In this document: piece by piece, positions 19,745 to 29,806 of the stretch | How the letters are laid out: the number at the start of each line of letters is the position of its first letter | Position numbering within the stretch: position 1 is the stretch's first letter | NCBI GenBank assembly: GCA_044347615.1 | Contig: JBIKUK010000003.1 | Span: forward strand, 139,895-203,894 | DNA length: 64,000 nt | Source of the DNA: Bdellovibrionota bacterium | Lineage (GTDB): Bacteria; Bdellovibrionota; UBA2428 | Direction of reading: 5' to 3' | Notes under the pieces: generated by a model | Databases searched by the model: none | What the model was told of the DNA's origin: nothing | Seen by the model: the letters and a program-made list of their open reading frames with translations, nothing else | Made by a program: the position numbers and the translations under genes

Positions 19745-21160
19745 ATGAATTTTGAAGTTCCAGAACTAGGCGAAGGCGTACAAGAAGGCGAACTCATCGC
19801 ATGGAAAGTAAAAGTAGGCGACTCCGTGAGCATGGATCAACCCTTGCTTGAAGTGATGACCGACAAAGCAACTGTTGAAATCCCAAGTCCTGTTGCGGGA
19901 ACCATCAAAGAAATCAAAGCAGCCGAAGGCGATCGACTAAAAATTGGCCAAGTTATTTTGGTAATCGAAGAAGGCGCGAAAGCAAGTGCCGCAGCTTCAG
20001 CTCCTGCTCCAGCCGCTCCCCCTGCTCCTCAAGCAGCTGCTCCTATTGCGAATCAACAAGTTCACACAAAAGCAGAACCCGTATCTCTTAACACAAATAA
20101 TGGCGAACCTTATTCAGGTGACTTTCAAAAATCGTTTGATAGCTCAAACGTTCCCGCTTCTCCTTATGTGAGATCACTCGCTGCAAAAGCAGGCGTTGAT
20201 ATTCGCCAAGTAAAAGGTAGCGGTCCTATGGCGGGCAACGTGGCACGCGTTCTTGAAGAAGACGTACTTCGCTTTATCGACACTCAAGGCCGCGCAGCAA
20301 CAACAAGCGGAGCTTCTCAAGTAAGCTCATCAGTGAGCAGCGGCGGACTTCAGCGCGTGGAATCTCCTCGAGCAGCATCAAGCGGTTCACTCACAAAAGT
20401 ATCGTCTGTCCCCACCAAGGAACTTCCTGTAAATAATTTTAATTTCGAAGAAGTTGTCGAACGCAAACCTCTTCGCGGATTGAGAAGAGTGATTTCTCAA
20501 GCGATGGTGCGCAGTAAATTCACAGCGCCTCACTTTTCTTATGTCGATGAATTCGAATGCACAAGCCTCATGGCGTTGCGCGAAGAAATCAAAAAGAGCG
20601 CAGAATCTTACGGAATCAAATTTTCTTACCTGCCTTTTATCGTCAAAGCTGTTGTGGCTGCCTTGAAGGAATTCCCTCAAGTGAACGCAAGCCTTGAAGA
20701 AAAAGATGGCAATGCAGAATTGATTTATAAGAAATTTTATCACATCGGAATTGCGGTCTCGACTGAGAACGGACTCATCGTACCCGTCATCAAACACGCT
20801 GATAAAAAATCTTTGCTTCAAATCGCTCATGAAATTCAAACCCTCTCTGAAAAAACTCGCAGCGGAAAAGCAACAGCTGAAGAATTAAAAGGCTCTACGT
20901 TCTCGATCACTTCGATGGGAAATATCGGCGGAACTTTTGCAACTCCGATCATTAACTATCCTGAAGTTGCGATTATGGGTGTTTACAAAATCCAACAAAA
21001 ACCTGTTGTTAAAAACGGTCAGGTTGTTGTGGGCAACACCATGAACCTTTCTTTAAGCTGCGATCACCGCGTAGTGGATGGCGCTGTTGCCGGACAATTC
21101 TGCAACGCTGTGATTGATCGTCTCGCGCATCCATCTAAACTCATGTTGGAGATGATATGA
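19745..21160 (+). CDS. dihydrolipoamide acyltransferase E2 (single lipoyl domain)
   Basis: Lipoyl-lysine motif EVMTDKATVEIPSPVAG. Ala/Pro linker. Catalytic DHRVVDG. RBS gaaggag. Confidence 0.9.
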   Translation: MNFEVPELGEGVQEGELIAWKVKVGDSVSMDQPLLEVMTDKATVEIPSPVAGTIKEIKAAEGDRLKIGQVILVIEEGAKASAAASAPAPAAPPAPQAAAPIANQQVHTKAEPVSLNTNNGEPYSGDFQKSFDSSNVPASPYVRSLAAKAGVDIRQVKGSGPMAGNVARVLEEDVLRFIDTQGRAATTSGASQVSSSVSSGGLQRVESPRAASSGSLTKVSSVPTKELPVNNFNFEEVVERKPLRGLRRVISQAMVRSKFTAPHFSYVDEFECTSLMALREEIKKSAESYGIKFSYLPFIVKAVVAALKEFPQVNASLEEKDGNAELIYKKFYHIGIAVSTENGLIVPVIKHADKKSLLQIAHEIQTLSEKTRSGKATAEELKGSTFSITSMGNIGGTFATPIINYPEVAIMGVYKIQQKPVVKNGQVVVGNTMNLSLSCDHRVVDGAVAGQFCNAVIDRLAHPSKLMLEMI

Positions 21161-22605
21161 ACTTTGACGTCGTCGTAATTGGTGGTGGCCCAGGTGGCTA
21201 CGTGGCTGCAATTCGTGCGGCTCAAGAGGGATTCAAAACAGCTCTCATTGAACAACACAAATTGGGCGGAGAATGCCTCAACTACGGATGCATCCCTTCA
21301 AAAGCTCTCATCTCTGCAGGGCATGTGATCGATAAGATATCTCATGCTTCTACCATGGGAATCAACGTGCAAGGCATGAGTGTGGATCTTGCAAAACTCA
21401 TCGACTGGAAAGCATCCATCGTAAAATCTCTCACCGGCGGCATTGGGCAATTGCTCAAAGCTAACGGAGTGACTCATATTCCGGGCGCTGCCAAATTTGA
21501 AAAAGTCGAAGGCGGACAAAAAGTTATCTCAGTAAGCGGAGAAAAGCCTTCTCAAGTAACAGCTTCAAAAGTCATCATTGCCAGTGGATCCGAAACGGTT
21601 CAATTGCCCTTTCTTAAAATCGACGGGCAAAGTGTACTTGGATCCAAAGAAGCATTGGATGTAAAGAAAATCCCCGAGTCGATCACTGTAGTGGGCGGCG
21701 GATTTATTGGTCTTGAAATTGGAACTTTCTTTTCAAAACTTGGAACAAAAGTCACCGTTGTTGAAGCGACTGAGCAACTTCTTCCTGGCACCGACAAAGA
21801 GTGTGTGGAAGTTGTCTTTAAAAAATTAAAGAAAAAAGGCATCGAGCTTTTACTCAAAACAAAAGCAAAAGATTTCAAAAAAGTAGGAACAAAAGCTGAG
21901 CTCACTGTTGAAACAGCAGACGGACAAAGCAAAAAAATTCTTTCTGACTGGATTCTTTTAACAGTCGGCAGAAAACCTCGCTCCAAAGATCTCGGTCTTG
22001 AGAAAATTGGCGTTCAAGCAAACGAGCGCGGATTTATTCCCGTGAACAATCACCTTCTTACAAGTTGCCCTGGCGTGTATGCGATTGGCGACGTCATCGG
22101 AGGCCCTATGCTTGCTCACAAAGCGAGCAAAGAGGGATTGGTGGCTGTGGAGCACATGAAAAACCCAAGCACCACAATCGACATTAAAGCGTTGCCATGG
22201 GCGATCTTTGTTGATCCAGAAATTGCCGTTGTCGGTCACAGTGAAGAAAGCGCTCGTGCCGCGGGATGGAATCCTGTCACAGGCAAGTGCCCATTTGTAG
22301 CCAACGGACGCGCTCTCACCACAGGTGAAGCTGAAGGTTTCGCAAAGATCATCGTCGATCGCGATTCGGATCGCATCTTAGGCGCTACGATGGTGGGCCC
22401 TGATGTTTCAAACTTAATTATGGAAGTCGCTGTCGCGATTGAAATGGGTGCAACTTCACACGATTTAGCACTTACCGTTCACGCTCACCCCACACTTCCC
22501 GAAACTTTGATGGAAGCGGCAGAGGCTGTGCATGGAAGAGCGATTCACTTTTTCCAACGTAAGCCCAGCACTCCCACAACTACAAGCGCTTCGGTTAAAA
22601 GCTAA
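21157..22605 (+). CDS. lpdA: dihydrolipoyl dehydrogenase E3
   Basis: VVIGGGPGGYVAAIRAAQ FAD motif. Redox disulfide GGECLNYGCIPSKAL. HAHPTLPE C-terminal signature. Confidence 0.9.
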   Translation: MNFDVVVIGGGPGGYVAAIRAAQEGFKTALIEQHKLGGECLNYGCIPSKALISAGHVIDKISHASTMGINVQGMSVDLAKLIDWKASIVKSLTGGIGQLLKANGVTHIPGAAKFEKVEGGQKVISVSGEKPSQVTASKVIIASGSETVQLPFLKIDGQSVLGSKEALDVKKIPESITVVGGGFIGLEIGTFFSKLGTKVTVVEATEQLLPGTDKECVEVVFKKLKKKGIELLLKTKAKDFKKVGTKAELTVETADGQSKKILSDWILLTVGRKPRSKDLGLEKIGVQANERGFIPVNNHLLTSCPGVYAIGDVIGGPMLAHKASKEGLVAVEHMKNPSTTIDIKALPWAIFVDPEIAVVGHSEESARAAGWNPVTGKCPFVANGRALTTGEAEGFAKIIVDRDSDRILGATMVGPDVSNLIMEVAVAIEMGATSHDLALTVHAHPTLPETLMEAAEAVHGRAIHFFQRKPSTPTTTSASVKS

Positions 22606-22614
22606 ATAAAGAAT

Positions 22615-23313
22615 ATGAACTTTGTTGATTGGGGTCGTATTGATTATTCAGAGGCTCTGATCAAACAAAAAGAATTGCTCCGGCAACGGCAGGAAAACCT
22701 CATACAAGACACTTTTGTTTTTTGTGAGCATCCTGCCGTGATTACTTTGGGTAGAGGAAAACCCAAACCCGGAGAGCTTCCCTTTTTTGCTCCTCCTCAT
22801 ATTCCCACAGTGAATGTGGAACGCGGTGGCCTTGCAACTTATCATGGGCCAGGGCAGCTTGTGTGCTATCCGATTGTACGCCTCGCTCCCAAAAGCGAAA
22901 CCAATTTTCCTGGTGGAATCGTTTGCTTTATTCGCTTGCTCGAAAACTGGATGATTGAAGTTCTCAAAAAATACGATGTCCCTGCTTGGTCGATCGATGG
23001 AAAAACAGGCGTATGGGTGGGCGAAAAAGTAGGAGACAAAAGTAGCTCTCGCAAAATCGCAAGCATTGGTGTGGCTGTGAGCCACTGGGTGACTTATCAC
23101 GGACTTGCTTTTAATTTTGATACCGGAAAAAACATTTGGACAAGCTTTAATCCCTGCGGACTTGCTGGAGATTTGATGACTGATCTTAAAAGCGAACTGA
23201 TTCGAAATCCTTCTTTAGAAAGTAAAAGAGAAAAACTCAGCTACAAAAAACTCAAAGAAGAATTCGTTGAAAGCTTTTCTTCTTCACTCACTTGCGGGCT
23301 CACGATCACTTGA
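22615..23313 (+). CDS. lipB: octanoyltransferase (lipoyl(octanoyl) transferase)
   Basis: EHPAVITLGRG, RGGLATYHGPGQLVCYPI, KIASIGVAVSHWVTYHGLAFN are LipB signatures. Confidence 0.85.
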   Translation: MNFVDWGRIDYSEALIKQKELLRQRQENLIQDTFVFCEHPAVITLGRGKPKPGELPFFAPPHIPTVNVERGGLATYHGPGQLVCYPIVRLAPKSETNFPGGIVCFIRLLENWMIEVLKKYDVPAWSIDGKTGVWVGEKVGDKSSSRKIASIGVAVSHWVTYHGLAFNFDTGKNIWTSFNPCGLAGDLMTDLKSELIRNPSLESKREKLSYKKLKEEFVESFSSSLTCGLTIT

Positions 23314-23319
23314 TTGTTC

Positions 23320-24978
23320 CTATTCCTCAATCTCTTTCATCCGACCCGACTCGCCCAATCCTTTTTTTACCCCTTTAGTTAAGCCCTTAAACCTTCCCTC
23401 CAGAGCCTTCTTAACGGGCTTAGGTAAAAGAACGTTAGAAGCTCCCGCAAAGACACTGTGGATAACACAAGCGCGATAATCGGCAACAAGTTGAGCTTGA
23501 GAAGATTGCTCGGGATTTTCAGCACAAGCTACATCTTTGCTCAAATGATCTTTATTTAATCCACTATCGGTGAGTTTATTTAAATCCTTAGAACACTTCT
23601 GATAGGCATCCAAACCTCCCTTACCTAAAGAAAATATATCAAAACTTAAAGCTGCTTGGCTTGCTATTTTAGCTCTACTTGCAACCTGGGGCATGACCGC
23701 AGCAACTTCAGCGGCTAGCTTTGATTGACGAGCAGCTAAAAAGGCCATTCTTCCATAAGAGGCATACGAACTTAATCCCATCGTCAAAACAACGAGCCCC
23801 GCATTTACAGCAAAACCAGAAATAGCATCACTTTGATTATCTCCAGCTTTTCGAACTTTTTGAAAACAATCCGCAGCAATCAAATGCGTCTGAACCTGTG
23901 CGTCTTCTTGAGTAAGACTAGCTCCATTATTAAATGCTTTAATATCAAGGGGAGGTAACTTTTTTAATACTTCATCAAAGCGGCCACACATACTCGTATG
24001 TCCATTCATACATTCAGTCGCCCCCTGCAACTCTTTAAGCTCACCCGAAATGACTTTTCGAGTTTCCTTCAATTGATTGACCAAAGCTTCTTTAAAATTA
24101 TTTTTTGATTGATTGAAGGTAGCATTAAAAACTTTTCCTTTTAAAGCTGGATACATCGCCTCTAGAAACTCTATTTGTTTTAATTTTTCTGTAATCTTTG
24201 TACCTCTTTCAACATTTTCTAAATTTCTCGAGGGTTGAGAAAGTGTAACAGGATTCGAAGCTAAAATTGAAGTAGTTTTCTGAGATCTTAAATCATCGAC
24301 TTCTTTTTTAAGATTTATGTATCCAGGATATATCTCCTCCAACTCTTTTACTTGTTTTTCTAAACCACCCTGAGGTTTACACACTTTTAGCTTCTCGCAT
24401 CCGCTTTGCGCCATCTTGTGAACCAAAGAAGAGCAGTTTTGATCATCAAGAGAACTTTCACCTAACACAGAATCAATAGCCTGCAAGCTTTCAAGAGAGG
24501 CAAGAGCTCCAACCTTAAGACGAGCCATGTTTGAATAATATTCTGCTATTAAAAAGTTTTCTCTTTTTGGATCATCTATATAATTAAGACATTGAAGATT
24601 AAGATGTTCTTGATTGTTACCTAGCTTTGTTAGGTTATGACCTGAAAGACTTTTAGAGAGCTGTGTTGAATTTGTTTCCTTAGATAAATATCTAACACTC
24701 TTCCCGCAGAAATCATCATAACTACCCTCTTTGGTTAAATTCCAATTTCTTATGCTCGAAGTGGCATCTTTATTAATTTTTTCAATAAGATGTTCTGGGC
24801 AAGCGGACTCAGTTCGAACTTTTTTTGCAGAACCGTACTCCTTTTCCTCATTATAGCGATACCCTCCTTCTAATTCGCTTGATTGCCCAGAAGAATGGAA
24901 GCTTTTGGCAAAAGTGTTTTTCTGAAAAAATACTAAAAAAAGAATCAAAGAAATTCTTAACAAGAAATACAAAGGCAC
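23320..24978 (-). CDS. secreted cysteine-rich protein, paralog B of tandem pair (unknown family)
   Basis: Signal peptide. ~45-50% identical by eye to the upstream paralog across its length (AEYYSNMARLKVGALASLESLQAIDSVLG, KLKVCKPQGGLEKQVKELEEIYPGY, GGLDAYQKCSKDLNKL, VADYRACVIHSVFAG). Confidence 0.6.
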   Translation of the reverse strand: MPLYFLLRISLILFLVFFQKNTFAKSFHSSGQSSELEGGYRYNEEKEYGSAKKVRTESACPEHLIEKINKDATSSIRNWNLTKEGSYDDFCGKSVRYLSKETNSTQLSKSLSGHNLTKLGNNQEHLNLQCLNYIDDPKRENFLIAEYYSNMARLKVGALASLESLQAIDSVLGESSLDDQNCSSLVHKMAQSGCEKLKVCKPQGGLEKQVKELEEIYPGYINLKKEVDDLRSQKTTSILASNPVTLSQPSRNLENVERGTKITEKLKQIEFLEAMYPALKGKVFNATFNQSKNNFKEALVNQLKETRKVISGELKELQGATECMNGHTSMCGRFDEVLKKLPPLDIKAFNNGASLTQEDAQVQTHLIAADCFQKVRKAGDNQSDAISGFAVNAGLVVLTMGLSSYASYGRMAFLAARQSKLAAEVAAVMPQVASRAKIASQAALSFDIFSLGKGGLDAYQKCSKDLNKLTDSGLNKDHLSKDVACAENPEQSSQAQLVADYRACVIHSVFAGASNVLLPKPVKKALEGRFKGLTKGVKKGLGESGRMKEIEE

Positions 24979-25054
24979 TTATAGTTTTTCGACCACCAAC
25001 ATAAAAAACCTTAAGATTAAAAAGTTAAATTTTTATTAACTTAAGATTAAAACT

Positions 25055-26803
25055 TTATTTACTTGCAGGCTCAAGCTTGATTGAGTCCTTAAGCATTTTT
25101 GACCTTTTGTTTTTAGCTTCTTTGCCTTTCTCTCTTGTTTGAGAAAAAGTGACAACACCTCTCCTCACAAGACCTATACCTCCTTTAAATGGCCCCTCAA
25201 CGTTTTCTCTCAAATTCGAAGGTATAACCATGCCCGCTACACCCGCCACAATACTCTTCGCAACACAAGAACGATAATTGGCCACAAGCTGAGGCTGCGA
25301 TGATGATTGAGCAAATTGAGACGGACAAAGCACATCTTCCTTAGATGTATTTTTTTTATATTTTTGGTTACTCAACTTGTTAAGTTCTTTTGAGCAATGA
25401 TTATATGCATCTACTCCATTTTTCCCTAGAGTGAACAAATCAAATCCTAAAACAGTTCTGCTTGCGACGGTTGCTTTTTGTGACAAATTTACGGCTGCAT
25501 CCAGAACAGCTGCTCTATTGGCAAAAGTTGAAAGAAAAACCGAATTTTCAATGGCAGAAACTGCGGCTTTACAGTACGAAGCATAAGCACTGATTCCAAT
25601 AGTCGTAAGCGCGAGTGTCGTGCCCAGCACAAAATCCTTAAAAGCTTCACTTTGGTTTTCATTTACTTTTCTAATATTTTGCCGACACTCCACAGCTCCT
25701 AGGTAAGCTTGAACTTGTCCATCTTCAAAAGACAGCTCATCCCCTCTATTAAAGTGCTCAATATTTAGAGGAGGCGTTTTATATAGAAGCTCATCAAAAC
25801 CTGCGCAACCACCCACTCCGCGCATACAATAAACACCCTCTTGATATTCTTTAAACTGCTCGAAGACTTTTACTCTACTTTTTTTGATTTGATTTTTTAT
25901 GGCTTCTAAAAAATTTTGTTTAGAAGGATCAAAAGTTTTTAAAAACTCTTTTCCCTTAAGTGTTGGATAAATTGATTCAAGTGCTTTTACTTTATTTTCA
26001 TTTTCTGCAGCTTTTTTTTCTCTTGCTGAAAATTCTAAAATTTTTTCTCTATGAGGCGTATAACCTGGCCCCATATTCACAACAGATAGAGTATTGGCAG
26101 ACCTCAAATCAGCAATTTCTTTTTTGAGGGTCATATACTGAGGATAAACATCCTGTAATTCTTGCGCTTGTAACGCGAGACCCCCTCTCGGCTCACAAGA
26201 CTTGAGCTTTTTGCAAGCCTGAATGACATAAGGCATTCCTTCACGAGGACACTCTACATCCGGGAGGCCTTTTTTCCCCAAAAGAGAATCAATAGCAGCC
26301 ATACTTTCGAGCGAAGCAACAGAGGCAATCCTGAGACGTGCCATATTAGAATAATACTCAGCCACTAAAAATTTTCTTCCAACTGGATCTTTCACTAAGT
26401 TGATACATCTTTCAGAAATATTTTTTTCGTTATTACCTAAAGCTGTTAGAGGATGTGAAAAAAGTCGATTTGAAAGTTCTGTTGCGTCCGGAGTTTCAAC
26501 TAATTTGGAAAGAGCATTTGTGCAATAATCATCCGAATTACCAATTTTTTTTCCATACCAATTCCTGACATTTACATTTGCATCGCCATCTATTCTTTCA
26601 ATCAAATCAAAAGGACACGAGTCCCAAGTCTTACTTTGGGTTTTTAAATACTCACCCTCTTCTTGAGCAGAAAGCTTGATTCTTAATTCCTGAGAATCTT
26701 CAAAAGTTGGATGAATATTTTTTGCAAAAGCTGACCCTTCCCAAAAAAAGATACTTAAATAAAAAATCCCCGAAAAAAATGGGATTAAAAAATCTAAATG
26801 CAC
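25055..26803 (-). CDS. secreted cysteine-rich protein, paralog A of tandem pair (unknown family)
   Basis: Signal peptide. Conserved blocks AEYYSNMARLRIASVASLESMAAIDSLLG, KLKSCEPRGGLALQAQELQDVYPQY, NGVDAYNHCSKELNKL, VANYRSCVAKSIVAG shared with 23320..24978. Confidence 0.6.
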   Translation of the reverse strand: MHLDFLIPFFSGIFYLSIFFWEGSAFAKNIHPTFEDSQELRIKLSAQEEGEYLKTQSKTWDSCPFDLIERIDGDANVNVRNWYGKKIGNSDDYCTNALSKLVETPDATELSNRLFSHPLTALGNNEKNISERCINLVKDPVGRKFLVAEYYSNMARLRIASVASLESMAAIDSLLGKKGLPDVECPREGMPYVIQACKKLKSCEPRGGLALQAQELQDVYPQYMTLKKEIADLRSANTLSVVNMGPGYTPHREKILEFSAREKKAAENENKVKALESIYPTLKGKEFLKTFDPSKQNFLEAIKNQIKKSRVKVFEQFKEYQEGVYCMRGVGGCAGFDELLYKTPPLNIEHFNRGDELSFEDGQVQAYLGAVECRQNIRKVNENQSEAFKDFVLGTTLALTTIGISAYASYCKAAVSAIENSVFLSTFANRAAVLDAAVNLSQKATVASRTVLGFDLFTLGKNGVDAYNHCSKELNKLSNQKYKKNTSKEDVLCPSQFAQSSSQPQLVANYRSCVAKSIVAGVAGMVIPSNLRENVEGPFKGGIGLVRRGVVTFSQTREKGKEAKNKRSKMLKDSIKLEPASK

Positions 26804-26861
26804 TTTTATGTTTTTCGTAAAAAAAAGAACTAAGCTTTAAATATTAATTTAAAGTTAAGGA

Positions 26862-27887
26862 CTATCCAAAATCACCTTGTTCAATTTGAGTTTTGCCATT
26901 TTGTAGATGGTATATTTTGGCAAACTTTTTTAACTTTAAATTGATAATCAAAACAGAATCCAAAGAAGGTCTTGTGCGAAGGCTAAACTCATAAGCAATG
27001 CGATGAATCGCTTGTGGATAAAAGTCTCCCTCGTGCATTCCTTCATTTACAAAATACTCAGGAATTTCTCCTTCAATAAACAAAACCGCACTCAATTCCA
27101 CTCGCTCAGTTAATCGAGTTAAAGCAAAGTCAGCTTTACGAAAAGCAGATTTTACTCCCGCAACAACATTGTAACTTGATCCTATTCGCTTCACTTCACG
27201 AAAAGCTAAAATCTTTCCGGTCTCGGGATCGCTCAATCTCAAATCCATACTTTTACTAGCTTGTTTTTCATCCAAACGAGAAAAAAATCCTTTTGGAGGC
27301 TCAAAAGCTACGCGAACATTCATCGAGCGCAAAACACTCAACGCATAAGCTCCTTCGTAGAGACGATAATTTAATTCTGTTGGCCGATTGGTCGTTAAAA
27401 ACTTAATCCACGACTCGTAGTTTTCTATTCCCACCTTCAAATGAAAGCGTTCAAGGGCTGCAAATATCTTTTCAGCCCATGCTTTTTTGATTGGGTCCGA
27501 TAAGGATTTTAAAATTGTTTCGTAACTACTTTTGAGATCTGAATGCAGTAAAGTCTCTTGAGGATCTTTTAAAAAATTAAACTCAAGCTGGCGAGGCAAA
27601 GCATTTTCTTCATTCACCTCATCGCTAGCCTTAGAGAGCTCAGTTTTAGAAGTCTCAGATTTAACAGGAAAAGCTTTTTTTGAAATATAACTGTAATTAA
27701 AAACTGGCTGCCCAGAAGAATCTAAAGTTAAATCCTCTAAACGATGTAAAACGTCTTGAACTTCAAGTGGAGACAGGTAGATTTCACTAATTTTTTGTCT
27801 GAGAACCTCTCTACAAGCAGCATAAGACTTAAGACTACCCCCCAAAAACAGAAGCCAAAAATAAGCTATTAACCATCGCTTGATCAT
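26862..27887 (-). CDS. hypothetical secreted protein, first gene of the three-gene minus-strand cluster
   Basis: Signal peptide MIKRWLIAYFWLLFLGGSLKSYAA. 59-bp gap to next gene. No domain recognised. Confidence 0.5.
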   Translation of the reverse strand: MIKRWLIAYFWLLFLGGSLKSYAACREVLRQKISEIYLSPLEVQDVLHRLEDLTLDSSGQPVFNYSYISKKAFPVKSETSKTELSKASDEVNEENALPRQLEFNFLKDPQETLLHSDLKSSYETILKSLSDPIKKAWAEKIFAALERFHLKVGIENYESWIKFLTTNRPTELNYRLYEGAYALSVLRSMNVRVAFEPPKGFFSRLDEKQASKSMDLRLSDPETGKILAFREVKRIGSSYNVVAGVKSAFRKADFALTRLTERVELSAVLFIEGEIPEYFVNEGMHEGDFYPQAIHRIAYEFSLRTRPSLDSVLIINLKLKKFAKIYHLQNGKTQIEQGDFG

Positions 27888-28059
27888 TTTTTGAACATTT
27901 CCACCCTGCGTTCAAACACACCGAACACCGTGCCTCAATAAATAAAATATTGGTTGTCGCAAAGCAATATTCTTGATTCTAAGGCCCGTACAAGCCCCAT
28001 GAACACTTCCTCTATAAAAGAGGCTTGTCAAAGGTAGAGAATGTGGCTTTTATAGAGGC

Positions 28060-28767
28060 GTGCTCTCTAAAGAAGCGTCTCTTATAAGGGACATGTTTAA
28101 CTCAGTTGCGGAAAGTTACGATTCTGCCAATGATCTATTGTCTTTGGGCATGCATCGAATTTGGAAAAAGAATTTTGTTAATGGAATCTCTAAAGATAAC
28201 AAAACATTTTTCGAAATATTAGATTGCGCAACGGGCACCGGGGACATCGCCATTGAAATCCAACGCCATTACAAAAGAGCTAAAGTCACAGGTATTGATT
28301 TTAGCGAAAAAATGCTCGACCAGGCCCCTGCAAAAGCTGAAAAAGCTGGATTTAAAAAAATTCGCTTTTTAGCGGCAGATATTTTAAAGCTGCCCTTCTC
28401 TGACAACAGTTTTGACCACATCACCATCAGTTTCGGTATTCGAAATGTTGAAAATCTACTGGGTGCGATTTCGGAATTTGAACGAGTTCTTAAACCTCAC
28501 GGCAAACTTCATGTTCTTGAGTTTGGTCAGCCTCAAAATAAAATTTGGTCAAAAGTTTATGGAACCTATCATCGTAAAGTCCTTCCTTTTTTAGGTGGTC
28601 TCATTAGCGGCAACCAAGAAGCCTACAGCTACCTCAATAAGAGCTCTGAAGAATTCCCCTCGGGAAAAGAATTTATAAAACAATTCTCAACCACAACTTG
28701 GAAAGATCTGGAAGTCACTCCACTTTTAGGAAGCGTTGCTTATATTTATCGCTTAGAAAAAATTTAA
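28060..28767 (+). CDS. ubiE: demethylmenaquinone / ubiquinone C-methyltransferase
   Basis: MFNSVAESYDSANDLLSLGMHRIWKK matches UbiE/MenG VAxxYDxMNDLMSxGxHRLWKR. SAM motif LDCATGTGD. Start could be ATG 28093 rather than GTG 28060. Confidence 0.85.
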   Translation: MLSKEASLIRDMFNSVAESYDSANDLLSLGMHRIWKKNFVNGISKDNKTFFEILDCATGTGDIAIEIQRHYKRAKVTGIDFSEKMLDQAPAKAEKAGFKKIRFLAADILKLPFSDNSFDHITISFGIRNVENLLGAISEFERVLKPHGKLHVLEFGQPQNKIWSKVYGTYHRKVLPFLGGLISGNQEAYSYLNKSSEEFPSGKEFIKQFSTTTWKDLEVTPLLGSVAYIYRLEKI

Positions 28768-28780
28768 GAATTTAAAAAAT

Positions 28781-29758
28781 TCAAAGCTGATTCAATCTTT
28801 TCATCAGAATTTGATCTGCAAGGACAAGCCATGCCATTGCCTCAAACACAACAAGTGCTCGCAAAAGTATACACGGATCGTGACGACCTTGCTTGGCAAC
28901 GTCCAACACAGAACTCGTAGGCTTTACGGCGATTTGAAATAAAACAGTTTCACCTGTGGTGATCCCTCCACGAATTCCTCCATAGGGATTGCTCTGAGTG
29001 TTTTGTGATGAGTGAAAAGCACTTCCCTCCCCATGGGCAGCCTCAAAACCCGCACCCAGCTCAACTCCCACCACTGCTCCCACAGACATGAGAGCCTTGG
29101 CCATCTCAGACTTGAATTTCAAAAATACAGGCTCTCCCAAACTTTGAGGAGGATGAAAAATCTGCAAAGCTGCTAAACCGCCGTAACTTTTGCCTTCTTT
29201 TTTAGCCTCCATCAAAAGGCTAGAGAGTTTTTCCTCAAATAATTCGTCATGAGATTTGAGAACTCCTACACTTTTAATTTCAGATAACACTCGAAGTTCC
29301 GGGTAAAGTTGCGTGCAAAACATCTTGGCTACAGCACCAGCTAAAACACGTGAAAGAGTTTCGCGACCCGAGGCACGGCCTCCACCGCGATGATCAAAGT
29401 GATCAAATTTATTCAGCCACAAATCATCTGCATGACCTTGGCGAAATCCATTTTTTTTCAAAAGGTCATAGTCTTCACTTTTTTGATCTTTGTTTTGAAC
29501 GGTAATCGCAATGGGGGTTCCTAATGTTTTATTTTCAAAAACACCACTCAAAACCTGAGGGGCATCCGCTTCATGGCGAGCACTTACTAAAGCAGATGAT
29601 CCCGGTCTTCGACGGGCTAGAAAATCCTGCATGATTTCTTCTTTGAAAACAACTCCTGCTGGACACCCGTCAATCACGACACCCATAGAAGGCCCATGAC
29701 TTTCGCCAAAAGACGTGAGGCTAAAGGCATTGCCAAAAGAGTTCGACCGAAGCGACAT
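28781..29758 (-). CDS. aroC: chorismate synthase
   Basis: FGESHGPSMGVVIDGCPAG and RPGSSA...RSSARET-like motifs (GRHDPC, GGGRASGRETLSRV). Confidence 0.9.
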   Translation of the reverse strand: MSLRSNSFGNAFSLTSFGESHGPSMGVVIDGCPAGVVFKEEIMQDFLARRRPGSSALVSARHEADAPQVLSGVFENKTLGTPIAITVQNKDQKSEDYDLLKKNGFRQGHADDLWLNKFDHFDHRGGGRASGRETLSRVLAGAVAKMFCTQLYPELRVLSEIKSVGVLKSHDELFEEKLSSLLMEAKKEGKSYGGLAALQIFHPPQSLGEPVFLKFKSEMAKALMSVGAVVGVELGAGFEAAHGEGSAFHSSQNTQSNPYGGIRGGITTGETVLFQIAVKPTSSVLDVAKQGRHDPCILLRALVVFEAMAWLVLADQILMKRLNQL

Positions 29759-29806
29759 ATTGAGAGGAAAATCATAGCAGATGGCCCTCTCAAGAGCGAC
29801 GAATCT

